This document shows positions 10,741 to 21,763 of a DNA stretch of 64,000 nucleotides, in pieces. The stretch is from assembly GCA_964270895.1 (NCBI GenBank), contig OZ185453.1; one strand, written 5' to 3'. Below the pieces are notes generated by a model. The model worked only from the letters and a program-made list of their open reading frames with translations, made no database searches and was not told where the DNA came from. The position numbers were made by a program, and so were the translations under genes. The DNA is from Podarcis filfolensis. Taxonomy: Eukaryota. Each line of letters opens with the position of its first letter. Position 1 is the stretch's first letter.

Positions 10741-11317
10741 TGGACACAGTGGTGGGGAGAGCAGATGACACAGTTACCAGGGCAGCACCAGAGGTGGCGA
10801 GAGAAGCAGCAGTTGCGGCGGCAGCTGCAGCAGCAGCTACAGCGGCGGCAGCAGCCAGGGCAGGGGCGGGAGCAGGTGCTGGGGTGGTAGTTGCAGTAGT
10901 AGCAGCAGCAGCAGCAGCATGGTTGGCTACCCCCTCAGCCGTGGTCTTGTTCTCAGGCAGAGCAATGGAGATGAGTGACAGCAGGCGCAGCAGCTTCTCT
11001 GTCAGCAGGGAGCTCCGTCTGATCACTGGATGGGACAGCATGTTCATGAGCTGACCCAGAGGAGAGGCTTCTAGACTGTAGGGAGAGCTCTCTCCCTCAG
11101 AGCCAGCACTCACAGGCACAGATTTGATGGAGTTCTTGCCCTTGCGGCTTACGTTCATATTATCCAGTTTGACCAACAAGTCCCAGAAGTCAGTGGAGAT
11201 GCCACTGCTGCCCATTTGACCTGGGCATGGGCTGCCCGATTGCTTGGTGCCCCTCTCCCGTTCACTTTCACAGGTGGTCTCTTTGGTCCGCTGCTGTGTG
11301 AAGTGGCTGGGGAACAC
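10741..11317 (-). CDS. HUWE1: HUWE1 exon 56 ([12 protein letters not shown]...poly-Ala...PTTVS)
   Basis: tccag| / |gtaagt, 577 nt. Confidence 0.94.
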
Positions 11318-13758
11318 CTGGAAGGGGGCACGGAGGAGAGAAGCAAGTCAAATCATGTTCTGGAATCCCTCATTGAAAAATGTGGCTTCCAGTTCTATAG
11401 GATTATTTATTACTCTGCCCACCGAATCAAGGTTCAACAACAGCACCCTCTCCAACCAGCATCCCTAAAAAACCCCAACCACACAGCCCTCACCTTCCAA
11501 GTCTACTGGCACACCTGGCTCTAGATAAACCTGAACAGTTCCAAGTAGATGCTCTCTAGAAAATGCCTAGAGTACATAGATATATACTACACTGCCAGTC
11601 GCAGCAAAGAACAAATTGTTCAGCAGCAGTTATGTCCTGGGAGAATAAGCTTAAATCACAGAGCAACGACCCCTAGAGCCTTGCTCCAGGAAGACAGTCT
11701 CCACTCTGTAATTGGAAGGTGTCCCACATGGAATATCTACCTTGCAGTCCATAAATAGTACAACTATGCCTTTGAGGCAGCATTAACACAGGCCTCCAAC
11801 AACAGTTTTTCGCCAAAGCCAGGAATCTCTATAGCTTCCTTCAAATTAGTAGAGAGTGAGAAAGGGGACCATGCAGAGCAACACGTGTGTGCCAGTCTCC
11901 TCAGGTCCTAGTCAGCATTTGGCTGAGTGGCAACAATCTACAGAGCACCAAGTTCACTTCTCTCCCCATGTATGTTTGCCCTAACTCCAGGTACAGGTGA
12001 GAGACTCACTGGATGGTTTGGGGCAACTCATGCACATAACCTCAGGACCCAAGTAATTACTTATTCCCCAGGGTTGCTGCAAGACATAACTATTAACAGC
12101 TATATTAAAGAGCATATTCATAGTAACAAGGTATTAGTCTTCAGATAGGAGGTGTTGGCCTCTCTGCCCACCAGAGGAGGATGAACCTTGCCTGGGAAAC
12201 AAGCTGCTCCCCTAAGTTGAGAGCTATGCTCCTCCTTGTTGCCAGTTCTGGTCCTTTGCTTCACGGGACATACAGCAGATAATCAGAAGCATCTTCCCTG
12301 TTCCATGGGTCAGAAAAACTTCCCAGATTTACAAATGCTGATCCCACCATATCATCACAATGAAAAAAAGTAAGAGGTGGAGCTCTGACAAAGTTCTGCT
12401 ACCCTGAAACTGGCAGGACTAGAAGTGGGGAGGGACCAAGCACAAAATTTAGTTACATTAGCACTGCCCCTGAGGCAGGTGTAAGGAGAAACCCACTCCT
12501 GAATAACCATCATCACAGAAGAATTGGAAAGGTTATTAAAAACTGCTCTGGAATCATTTTTTGACAAGATACTAAATTGTTTTAAATAAAAAAATGTAAT
12601 TATTATTATTTATTTTTTAAAGAAAACTTGCACTTTTAAATTCACAGGTTTTCAGGATGCTTCATGCTAACAAAAGTAGGGCCCATGCTGTGTTCACATG
12701 ATTTAGCAAGTCACACATGAGCAGGGAGATGCTGCAAGCCGTGGGCTCACGTGCTTCCCTGTCTTCCTTTCCTCCACTATCCGGAGGACCAGCAGTTCTT
12801 ACCCTCACACCAGTTTCCCTAAATCTTGGCTTGTCAGGGCATCCAGACCAGGGACTACTGTTTGTCCCAAATGCTGGTTAGTTCAAGCAAAACAGCTTGT
12901 TTTGAAACCAACCAGAGGTTGTGATAAACAATCCCTGGTGTGGATGACACAACAAGGAGAGAGGGAGAGAGAGACTAGGAGGAAAAGGCTGTTCTTCTTG
13001 GCTGTGCAGGAAGATGGGGGAATACATAAGCAAGAGGCTAACAGCAGCTCCTTTCTCACTGATAATGCAAGTCTTACTGCAAGTCTCACTGATAATGGTT
13101 TAGCATGATGTGCAAACTAGCCCACGGAGAAGAAGTTTCCATGGCTATTATTTACTAATCTCATTTATTCTGAACAGCAAAGGAACCAAGAAGTTAACTT
13201 GTCTAGCTCCTTTCTAGCACAACTGGATGTTTCCTGGTACAGAATATGCTACGAATGCCTGCCCGTTATTTTCCTTAATCCCTGCACAGCAAGAGACCAG
13301 CTGATTAGCTGGCAGCAACTGCAGTGGAGAGAGGAACCAATTTCAAAACTTTTAAAAAACTTTTGTTAGCTGTTCTGAAGGTCTGTGGGTAGAAATGCAG
13401 CCTAGAAATACTAAAATAACTGCTCTCCCATTTTTTAAATGATGACCCCTACACCTTTTGCTGCAAATTTGCACTTTTTATGCAATGGTGATTTTGTTAG
13501 CCACCTTGAACATGCTGATGGACAAACAGGATCTAAATCTACTAAATAACAACAACAATTACAGGGAGCTTAACTGCCTGCTTGCTCTCAGTTTGGAACT
13601 CACCCTAATATTTAGTCTAGAGAGCTACCTCCTTGTAATCTAAATCCTTAACTTTTTCTCTTAAGCTATGCAGACCAAGAAGTTTCAGACTTTCATCAGA
13701 ATGACAGAACGCCCATTGCATAAAAAAGAGCACCACTCTAGACAGCCCTTGTCTTCAC

Positions 13759-14299
13759 CTTGGCAAGTTGGATGAGCGTGTCAAGTACATGGCGGCAGAC
13801 CACAGGAGCAGCCTGGGGGTGAATATGAACAGTGGAACCAGCAGCAGCATGCTTCTCCGTGTGCTTACGCCCTCCTGCCCGCTGGATCTGGAAAATGTTG
13901 GTTCGGCAACCCAAAGCAGCATCCATAGAGACGGAGAGCCAAGAAAGCTGCCCTGAGCTTTTGGATTCCATCTTGTGCAGAAGGTCGAGTGGCCGGCTGT
14001 CAGGGGCACAGGCCTTGGCTGCTCTTTTGCCTTTGTCATCTGGTGCAGCAGTCCCCTTAGGTGTCTCTACACACAGTTCACTCTCACTGCTGCGCTGGAG
14101 GATAGAGAGCAGGCTCCGGATCACCCAGCTGCGTGTCTGTGCATGGTAGCAAAGGTTCCTCAGCACCCGATGTAGCCGGCTAGTGTTCAGCTTTGGCTCA
14201 TCCACAAAAAGCAGTACCAGCAGGCAGGACAAGGCCTCATGGTCCAACAGAAGGCGTCCACGCAGGCGGAGCAGGCTGTCCACATTGCTGCCTGATGGC
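13759..14299 (-). CDS. HUWE1: HUWE1 exon 55 ([12 protein letters not shown]...LIQLAK)
   Basis: cctag| / |gtgaag, 541 nt. Confidence 0.96.
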
Positions 14300-15181
14300 C
14301 TAGGAAACAACAAGACAAATATCAGCACAGTCTACATTACATGCCTTGCAGCTGGTTCCTGTAAACCAGCACATCCTGCTGGCCTGGCAACGCTGCCCAT
14401 TTGCTTTCAAGTTGATCCCTGAACTGATCCAGTGATCACCGAGCCCATCTTTCAGCTTACACCATGGGGCAGGGAGTGGTTTTTTCAACCCGAGTATTAT
14501 TTATTAAACATTTTTCCACCCTTCCTCCCAAAGGAATCCATGGTCCCTGCAAGAACTAGGGGTTATTGGGAAGGATTGATAATTGGAAGCAAGCTAATAC
14601 CCCTGGTTTCCAGACTTTAGGGTTAACCTCAGGTACTGTACAATTTGGGAAAGTTTTTATATTTCTAGTTTCCCAAGCAAACCCAACTTAACCAGTAAGT
14701 TACATTGGTTTTTCCCTAGGAATCCTAACCCTCAGCTTATTCCCTCCAAAGAAACTGTACTACCTTCCCCCATACGTCTAGTAGAGTGTTAGAAACTGAG
14801 ATATGAAAGCTAAGAGCTAAATGGCACCTTAAACTTAGCTTAAGGGTGCAACAACAGAATGTCTAGGCACACTTTTTTAAATAACAAGAATACAAGGCTG
14901 AAAATGAATGAACTGCAGCTAAAATATTAGGTTCATTTTTCACATGGTCTAGTCCTTACTCTGCCCCCCCCCATATATTCTTAAGAGGGTCTCTTCTCCA
15001 GTCTTCAGAGAGTAGTTGGAAGTGAGGAGGCAGAAAAAGTCCTCCTTTCCTTCCACTCTGCAGTTTTAATCTGAAATCTTAGGCTCAGTACTGCACCGAG
15101 CTCAGAAACTGCTCGCGCTAATGAAATTCCCAGTGCAAAATGTGCCTAGAACTATGGGAGTTTTGAACACTGATCTTGTAC

Positions 15182-15284
15182 CTGCTGTGGCTGCTGCTAC
15201 CACCCATCTGGAAGGTCCCTCCTCTTTGTACAGCCAAACGTGTATACTGGACACCTCTGTTTCCACTCAGTCGGCTTGTGAAGG
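15182..15284 (-). CDS. HUWE1: HUWE1 exon 54 ((A)[13 protein letters not shown]...GSSSHS)
   Basis: ctcag| / |gtacaa, 103 nt. Confidence 0.95.
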
Positions 15285-15381
15285 CTGAGTTAGGGGAAAG
15301 AAAATAAGCAAAGCAATCAGATCAGGAGTCCAGACATACAGAACTAAAAACAGTAGTATGTCAGAAACAGATGCGCTTTAC

Positions 15382-15670
15382 CTGGGCTACGCAAAATGGC
15401 AGACAAGGCAGAGGTGCTGGAGTGACCAAAGAGACGCTCGTGCATGAGCTGGCGCTGGCGCGCTTCTTGTTCACGCCGCAGAGCCTGTGCCTCAGCAGCA
15501 ATGTCAGGAGGCATGACTGCCAAAACACTGTCCTCCATATCCTCCAGCACACTGCGCCGCAGGTCTGATGGCAACGTCTGAATGAAAGTCACAGGGTCCA
15601 TGGGAGTGTCTGAGCTTGTGCTCTGGGCCAGCTCCCGACGCTGCTGCTCTGCCCGTTGTTGCGCCAGCAC
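15382..15670 (-). CDS. HUWE1: HUWE1 exon 53, UBM3 ([10 protein letters not shown]...AILRSP)
   Basis: ctcag| / |gtaaag, 289 nt. Confidence 0.96.
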
Positions 15671-16411
15671 CTGAGATGGGAGGGGGAAAGATAAAAACAA
15701 CTTCTACTGTTAAGCAAGAACAGAGCAAAAATAAAAGATCCAACAAATCTCTCTAAAATGACTCTCCTCCTTCAACCACAAATTGTTATCTCTCTTTCCG
15801 AGGTGAGGGGTGTGTGGGACAGAAACTGGGTTCTGTGACCACATGATGGGTGGAACTTCACAGCTGGAAGCCCCTTTTAGGGTGTGAAGTCTTGGTCATT
15901 ATTAATTTAGTCCTGGAAATTTCACTATATTTCAAAGACATACATATTTCACTGAATTACACCCCCCTTATGTGGAATTTCCCACAAGGCAATGAACTAT
16001 GGATCATGCATGTAATAAGGTGAGCCAAACACATCCACACAAATAACTTGCATATCTTGTCCTTATGCAATTTATAACTTAAGCGCAAAGAAGAGAAATG
16101 CAACTGCCCAGATTTTCTTGTGACTTGTAGTTGGCAGTCCAGGAGATTTGTATTTACACCTACTTTCCTATTTTGACTTCCCTTTTTATGTTTTGTTTGT
16201 ATGTTACATGTTTTAAACAATACAATTCAAGCAATGGAAAAATTCTATTTATTTATTTTTAATTAAGAGGTCATGAATCCTAAATTCAGAAAGTTTTGTT
16301 TTGTACAGTGCAGGGTCACAAGCTACATGAGTTTCCTTCAGATTTCATAGTTCTATTATACTTGTTCCTAAACTGTGTTTTACCCCATAATCTTTAAAAG
16401 TGCCACCTTAC

Positions 16412-16635
16412 CTCCTCTTGGATTGCTGGAGGCAGTGCAGCCAGGAACTCTGGACTGACTTCTGTCACACTAGGGTTTCCCACCACGGGCGGTGCTGGGG
16501 TAGCAGCAGTTGTGGTAGTCGGGGCCGTACGGGCAGGAGGCCGGATACCCAACTGGTTCTGTAGCACTTCACGCCGGATGTCATCAGGCAGAGCAGCCAG
16601 AAAAGATGGGTCTACACCTTCCGGAAGATTTATCC
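16412..16635 (-). CDS. HUWE1: HUWE1 exon 52, UBM repeats ((G)[16 protein letters not shown]...PPAIQEE)
   Basis: catag| / |gtaagg, 224 nt. Confidence 0.96.
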
Positions 16636-16734
16636 CTATGAAAAAGCATGTTAGAGGTAGCTGCTATCCCTACTAAGAAAAATGGCATTGACTTAGTATA
16701 GCTCCCTCTTTTTATGTCCTCTTCTAGTATTTAC

Positions 16735-16868
16735 CTGCCAAGGGGTCTTCCTCCTCACTGCTGGTAGAAGGAAGTGGTTCTTCCAAGATGCCCCGAGAAT
16801 CAGCACCGGAAATGGCCACCGCCGAATCTCTGGTGGAGGAGCTCTCAGAGGATGAGGCAGGTGGGGAG
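16735..16868 (-). CDS. HUWE1: HUWE1 exon 51 ([14 protein letters not shown]...EEDPLA)
   Basis: ttcag| / |gtaaat, 134 nt. Confidence 0.94.
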
Positions 16869-16958
16869 CTGAAGAACAGGAAGTGACAGTATTAGCAAGT
16901 GCAGTACTAATGCTAAAATTGGCATATCACCCCCTTGCACCTCATCGCTGCTCCTTAC

Positions 16959-17217
16959 CCATCATCCACCTGCTGGCTGGGATCTGGCTGGCCCTCCCTG
17001 AGGGCCTGTGCATTGGAGCCCTGCTGGGCGGTGTCTGCCGTTGCTACAACAGTGGCTCCCCCTGCCTGGTCCACATTGCTAGGGCCACCAGCCTCTCCAA
17101 CTCCTTCTTCGAGGTTGCAAGAGGCCAGACTGCTGGTATCCATGGGTGAGCCCTCCAGCTGGCTGCTGACTGCTGTCAAGGCATCAGAGTCTTCTGCCCT
17201 CTCTGGAGAAAGCGAAG
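16959..17217 (-). CDS. HUWE1: HUWE1 exon 50 ((T)[13 protein letters not shown]...QQVDD)
   Basis: accag| / |gtaagg, 259 nt. Confidence 0.93.
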
Positions 17218-17766
17218 CTGGTGGGAAAGGAAATAAAGGACTGAGAGATAAGTCTGACAAACGTCTGTCAAACCTGAATTCTTTTCATCAGATTCAGCCC
17301 AGAACATGGAAAGGACAGAAACCTACCCATTGACCTCCTTCTGGTTTTTAGACACCCTTCCTAAGAAGCACTGATAGAAACACTGCCTGAAAACCTGATA
17401 CACTGGATTCAAATTCTGCTGCCCATTACGACTGGGCTCTGGTTCCAATTCAGCAAGGAAACTTCTTGTTTTGGCTGTGATATACCCTTCACTACCACCT
17501 ACTATGGAGTAACAGGCTTCAGAAATTGCCTGTGAAGACTGTCAAGGCAGAATACTGAGCTGAACTGACAGGTCTGATCCAGCACAGCATTTTTATTTTT
17601 AAAAATGAGAGATTCAAAATTTGAGCTTAAACCTCAATAAAAAGCTACTTAAAAACAAACAAACACCCAGCCAAATTTTGAAAGCTAGGATCAAATCATT
17701 AGGTGGGTGCATAGGCTTTTACTTTCACTTTGCAAATTTTAGTTAATATGCAAATATATGCACTTT

Positions 17767-18289
17767 TTAAAATTTGTTTTTATTAAAGATTTTCTTGGGT
17801 TACAAAAGTGCATACAGCATTTCTGCTTTCCATTCATAGGACCCTTTCTACAGATCAGTTATACTCGATGCGAGACACATGTTATAGACAGTATAAGGCT
17901 GGGGGAGAGGAGAAGTGGGGAGTGCGTATGTGTAGGGTTTTCGTGTCAGCGTCACGTGGCCAGGTTCTCTTTCTATTCATTTATTAGTTTTAATTGGCTG
18001 CAGTGAGTTTTGTTTGCGTGTATGAGGGGGAGGAGTTGTTAGGGTCAAGTTAGCCATATTGATTTGTATGCTGCTGGTGGGTTCTTGTCTTGTTGGGCTG
18101 TGTATGTAATAAAGGGGAGCCACACTGGGGTGAAGCTGTCCTCTTTTATTTGCCCCTCTGTCAGTTTCAGTCTATTGGCTAGCTGCTCTAGTAGGGCTGT
18201 TTCCCATATGGTTTGGTACCACTGCTTCACGTTCTCTCCAGTGTCTAGTTATGATGCTCCTGGCCACTGAGTAGGTAGGTGGCTGATGA
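17767..18289 (-). mobile_element. 5'-truncated L1/Tx1-type LINE (ORF2 C-terminus plus 3'UTR), sense to HUWE1
   Basis: 15-bp TSD aaatatatgcacttt (17752-17766 / 18290-18304); AATAAA plus A-rich end on the minus strand; peptide ..VARSIITRHWR..WYQTIWETALLEQLANRLKL..FTPVWLPFITY typical of an L1 ORF2 end. Confidence 0.85.
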
Positions 18290-18434
18290 AAATATATGCA
18301 CTTTAAAACTATCGCTGCCTTCTCCTGAACATGTGGAAGATGGTAGGAATCAGAGTATGTTTATGCACGTACAAGTGACACACAGCCAGAAAGGGGGTAA
18401 CAACTGCTGCAGGGTGAAGCCTGGGGCCACTTAC

Positions 18435-18713
18435 TGATGGTGGGAGCAGGTGAAAGCTCCATCTGTGTGGCCTCAGCATCAGTGCTTGGCCTCCCAGGGC
18501 CTGAGTCCTCCTGTTCCACCGGCATCAGCAACTGCCCAGAACCCTGGGCATTGGACTGCCCCGCCAGCTCTGAAGGAAGCTCGCCTGCCCCTGTCACCTG
18601 CTGCTGTTGCTGTTGGGGGCTCTCCAGCGTGACCAGAGTCTGCTTGGGGCCAGCAGAGGCGTCTTCAGCTGCAGCTGGGACTGCGGGATAGCCATCAGGA
18701 TGGGCAGAACCAT
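18435..18713 (-). CDS. HUWE1: HUWE1 exon 49 ((D)GSAHPDGYP...PQQQQQQV...SPAPTI)
   Basis: ctcag| / |gtaagt, 279 nt; divergent low-complexity exon ending in the conserved TQMELSPAPTI. Confidence 0.93.
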
Positions 18714-18867
18714 CTGAGAACCAAGAGAGGGAGGCCGTCTTAAAACCCAGACCACTGAGCAGCAGCAGGATTTCAAGCAGGGAATTGGCTTCACCCTGCA
18801 CCCTCAAGGTTAGTTCAAAAGCTGGGCACATCAAACACCCACCCCAGTCCTGGGTACTTCACTCCTC

Positions 18868-18954
18868 CCAGGGAAAGTAGTAAGTTGTATAGTTATCTCT
18901 GATTTGGGGCACAAATCCCTACCCCACAACAATACAACTTACTACCTCACCCCA
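18868..18954 (-). ncRNA. MIR98: pre-miR-98 microRNA (5p 18928-18949 UGAGGUAGUAAGUUGUAUUGUU; 3p 18871-18892)
   Basis: Exact miR-98-5p sequence, 3p CUAUACAACUUACUACUUUCCC, clustered downstream of let-7f-2 in the same intron. Confidence 0.97.
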
Positions 18955-19286
18955 GCAAGAGCAACGTCACAAAGCCTCAGCGTCAGGCAACTGGTTCTTC
19001 CCCTATCTGAACAGCCAGTTTTTTAAAAATCCTGCAAAATCCTTTCACATAGATCCGAAGAGAACACTCACGCAGACGATCCTCTGCCTACAAGATCTAA
19101 TGACACACTATCCCACTATAACCCCCACCCCCAAATTTCTTTCCACATCTAGGGATGGAACCAAGGAACTCAGGGGCTTTGATTCCACATTTCATTATTG
19201 AGCCCATGTTCTTTCCTCCTGAGCTAGGCGTGGTTTCTCAGGGGCTTCTCTCTTCTTCAGTGCTGGCACGGCGAGTTGCGAGTCCT

Positions 19287-19367
19287 CATAGGAAAGACAG
19301 TAGATTGTATAGTTATCTCCAAGACCGGGTGTGACCCTAAAACTATACAATCTACTACCTCATCCCA
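19287..19367 (-). ncRNA. MIRLET7F2: pre-let-7f-2 microRNA (5p 19341-19362 UGAGGUAGUAGAUUGUAUAGUU; 3p 19291-19312)
   Basis: Exact let-7f mature sequence, complementary 3p arm, loop UUAGGGUCACACCCGGUCUUGGAGAUAA like the recalled human let-7f-2 loop, HUWE1 intronic location. Confidence 0.97.
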
Positions 19368-19448
19368 GGGGGCCCAGGAATAGCATCTGCTTCAGCTGAG
19401 CTGAGGGAAGAAGACACAATACAGACATAGAGTAAGGGAACAAATTAC

Positions 19449-19494
19449 CTGGAAGGTTCTGCTCAGCAGAGCTGTTTGACTGGGGTAAGGCTCC
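19449..19494 (-). CDS. HUWE1: HUWE1 exon 48 (GALPQSNSSAEQNLP)
   Basis: tgcag| / |gtaatt, 46 nt; positional homolog of recalled human CTASKSNDSTEQNLS; supplies the required phase 0 to 1 change. Confidence 0.88.
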
Positions 19495-19633
19495 CTGCAG
19501 AGGGGGGAAAAAAAGTAAGCAAAGATTCATCTGATTAAAACTCATCTGGGCAGGAAACTGCCTATGTAGCTTCTGACACCTAGGACAAGGAAAGGAGGCA
19601 GAAGCTTCAGGTCACTGCTGTACCTTCCCTCTA

Positions 19634-19840
19634 GAGTGGTACCTCTGGTTACAAACTTAATTCGTTCCAGAGATCCGTTCTTAACCTGAGGCGCACTTTT
19701 GCTAATGAGGCCTCCCGCTGCCACCACGCCACCAGTGCATGACTTCTGCTCGCATCCTGGGGCAAAGTTTGCTACCAGGAGACCTACTTCCAGGTTAGCG
19801 GAGCTCGTTACCCAAAGCATTTGTAAGGAGGACGGTATGT
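19634..19840. mobile_element. Degraded Tigger-like MITE
   Basis: Left end ta|gagtggtacctctggttacaaacttaattcgttcc resembles a CAGTGGTACCTC TIR; right end eroded, boundary approximate. Confidence 0.5.
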
Positions 19841-20478
19841 AACCTGTATGCCTTTTGCTACAACAGCTCTGCCCGATTTTCATCTAGTCCAGTGAGGCAC
19901 ATCTATCAAAATGTTCTCTTCTACATAGAAGCAAGCATTCTAAATACTGCTGGAAAATGTGTCAATAAGTTTTCCTTTCTGTAATTGGTTGACAAAGATA
20001 TCCGGCTTGTACAGATTATATACAGAAAAATGTCAAGATATTCTATTCCCTCAGATCCAAAAACAATCTTGCTAAACTGTCTTAGATTTCCTTCTCCTTA
20101 GTTGAAATTTAACAGCTAAATTCTTTATTGAAAGAATAAAAGAATGACCACTTTCTCTTCTGCAAATGTTTAGAACAATAGCTAAAGATATCAATCCAAT
20201 AGAATTACATCAATGAGTAAACTTCATGACAATGTCCTCATAGCATTCATTTGACAGGCAGAGATATGAAGAAACACATTAAAGTGTGTCCATCCCTGTC
20301 TCTGCTAACTATTATGACTGTTACCATATTCCACTTACTGCCGGTGTCTCTATTCTTGATAACACCGTTTCTTTTGTCCCTGTAACAGTGTGTGGGTGGG
20401 GTGTTTTTTTAAAAAGAACAGATGTAAGACCTGGCTCTAGGAAGGGAATGTGGTGACTTTCCTTCTTACAAAGAGCTA

Positions 20479-20690
20479 CAGTGGACGTTCGGGTTGCAAA
20501 CGTGATCCATGCAGGAGGCACGTTCGCAACCCGCAGAGTTCGCAACCTGCAGCGCCACATGGGTCGCGATTCAGCGCTTCTGCGCATGCGTCAAAACCCG
20601 GAAGTAACCTATTCTGGTACTTCCGGGTTTGGCGTGGTGTACAACCCGAAAATGTGCAACCTGAATCGTCTGTAACCTGAGGTATGACTG
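20479..20690. mobile_element. Tigger-like MITE
   Basis: TA|cagtggacgttcgggttg ... aacctgaggtatgactg|TA; CpG-rich interior with the aaacccggaagt motif shared with the 26766 copy. Confidence 0.8.
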
Positions 20691-21432
20691 TACTAAGAAA
20701 GATTGGTTCTCAGTCTAGTGTCTGAGTTTCTGCTTGCCTTCCTGATAGGAAAGAAAGGAACAGAGGTTTATTCTCTGATTTCATCTCTGTCTGCCATGTG
20801 CAAAAGTGCACACAGACATGTGGAATTATATACTGAAATGACAGCAGGGGTTTCTATTTTGTGTTTCCCCTTATATACCTAAGTGAATGAACATCCCCAA
20901 CTTTATTTTAAGGTGGCCCACTTGCCACAATTTAAAGTTTACCAAAAAACAGTTCACATCTTTGCTCTGGAGCAAAACAGATTTGCTGTCTTATCAAACT
21001 ACCAAGACCTAAACACGTCTGCTGGCATTTTCATTCCAAATTATAGGTACTCTGCTTCTCATTTACAACCCAGTTGCATATATTCAAGGTGATATTCAAC
21101 TGATTCGCCCTACTAGTGCAAGCATTACCACGTTCCCTGCTTGCAGCCCATGCCCTCCCTGAAACTTCTCCTGAGGATTTGGGGAAACACCCCTAGAACA
21201 GATTTAGGGATGCACAGGAGGAGAGTGTTCTATTGTGCAAGCAGAAAGCCTTGTGCTAATTTAACAGTTGCCTTAGTGCTACAATGAATACAACTCTTAG
21301 TCCTGTCCCCACACCCCAGTCACAATGCAGCTTCCATAATGAAAACCATACCAGATGAATCAGCCCTGCTGAAAGTTTGCCATTCAACAAGCTTTTTAAA
21401 AAGGTCACAGATGTTCAAGTTGGGCTTCTAAC

Positions 21433-21584
21433 CTGGGCATTTTGCTCTTTGTCTTCTGCCTCCTTGGCCTTGTCTGCAACTTTGGCCTCCTCCTCAGCCA
21501 GCTGTTTGCGCCTCTTCTCTCTACGCTCCTCTAGTTCCTCATCTCTCAATGCCTCCAGGTGGTTGATAATGGGAACTTTGACCA
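21433..21584 (-). CDS. HUWE1: HUWE1 exon 47 ((V)[10 protein letters not shown]...EQNAQ)
   Basis: tccag| / |gttaga, 152 nt. Confidence 0.95.
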
Positions 21585-21673
21585 CTGGATGGAGAAAAAG
21601 CACCAGATTAAATAGAGCCAAACAGAGAAGGGCCTGAATTGGCTGAAGCAAGGAAAGTTACTTGTTAGCTCAC

Positions 21674-21763
21674 CTGACACACAGTCATGCATGCTCTCTG
21701 CATCTAGTACTTTGCATTCTTCTGTCCAGCGTGTCAGGGCAGTAGGGATGCTTGACAAGGTTC
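21674..21763 (-). CDS. HUWE1: HUWE1 exon 46 ((G)[12 protein letters not shown]...HDCVS)
   Basis: tatag| / |gtgagc, 90 nt. Confidence 0.95.

Noticed and set aside
10653-11054. 133-aa plus-strand poly-Ala ORF
   Set aside because: It is the reverse complement of the GCT/GCC-rich coding tract, which naturally reads as GCA/GCG alanines without stops.
12283-12358. Possible C/D snoRNA (GTGATGA ... CTGA ... CTGA on the sense strand)
   Set aside because: No terminal stem, no C' box, and no guide complementarity to rRNA or snRNA that I can recognise. An snoscan/Rfam search would settle it.
13054-13097. 14-bp direct repeat tctcactgataatg
   Set aside because: Consistent with a small slippage duplication; no other supporting structure.
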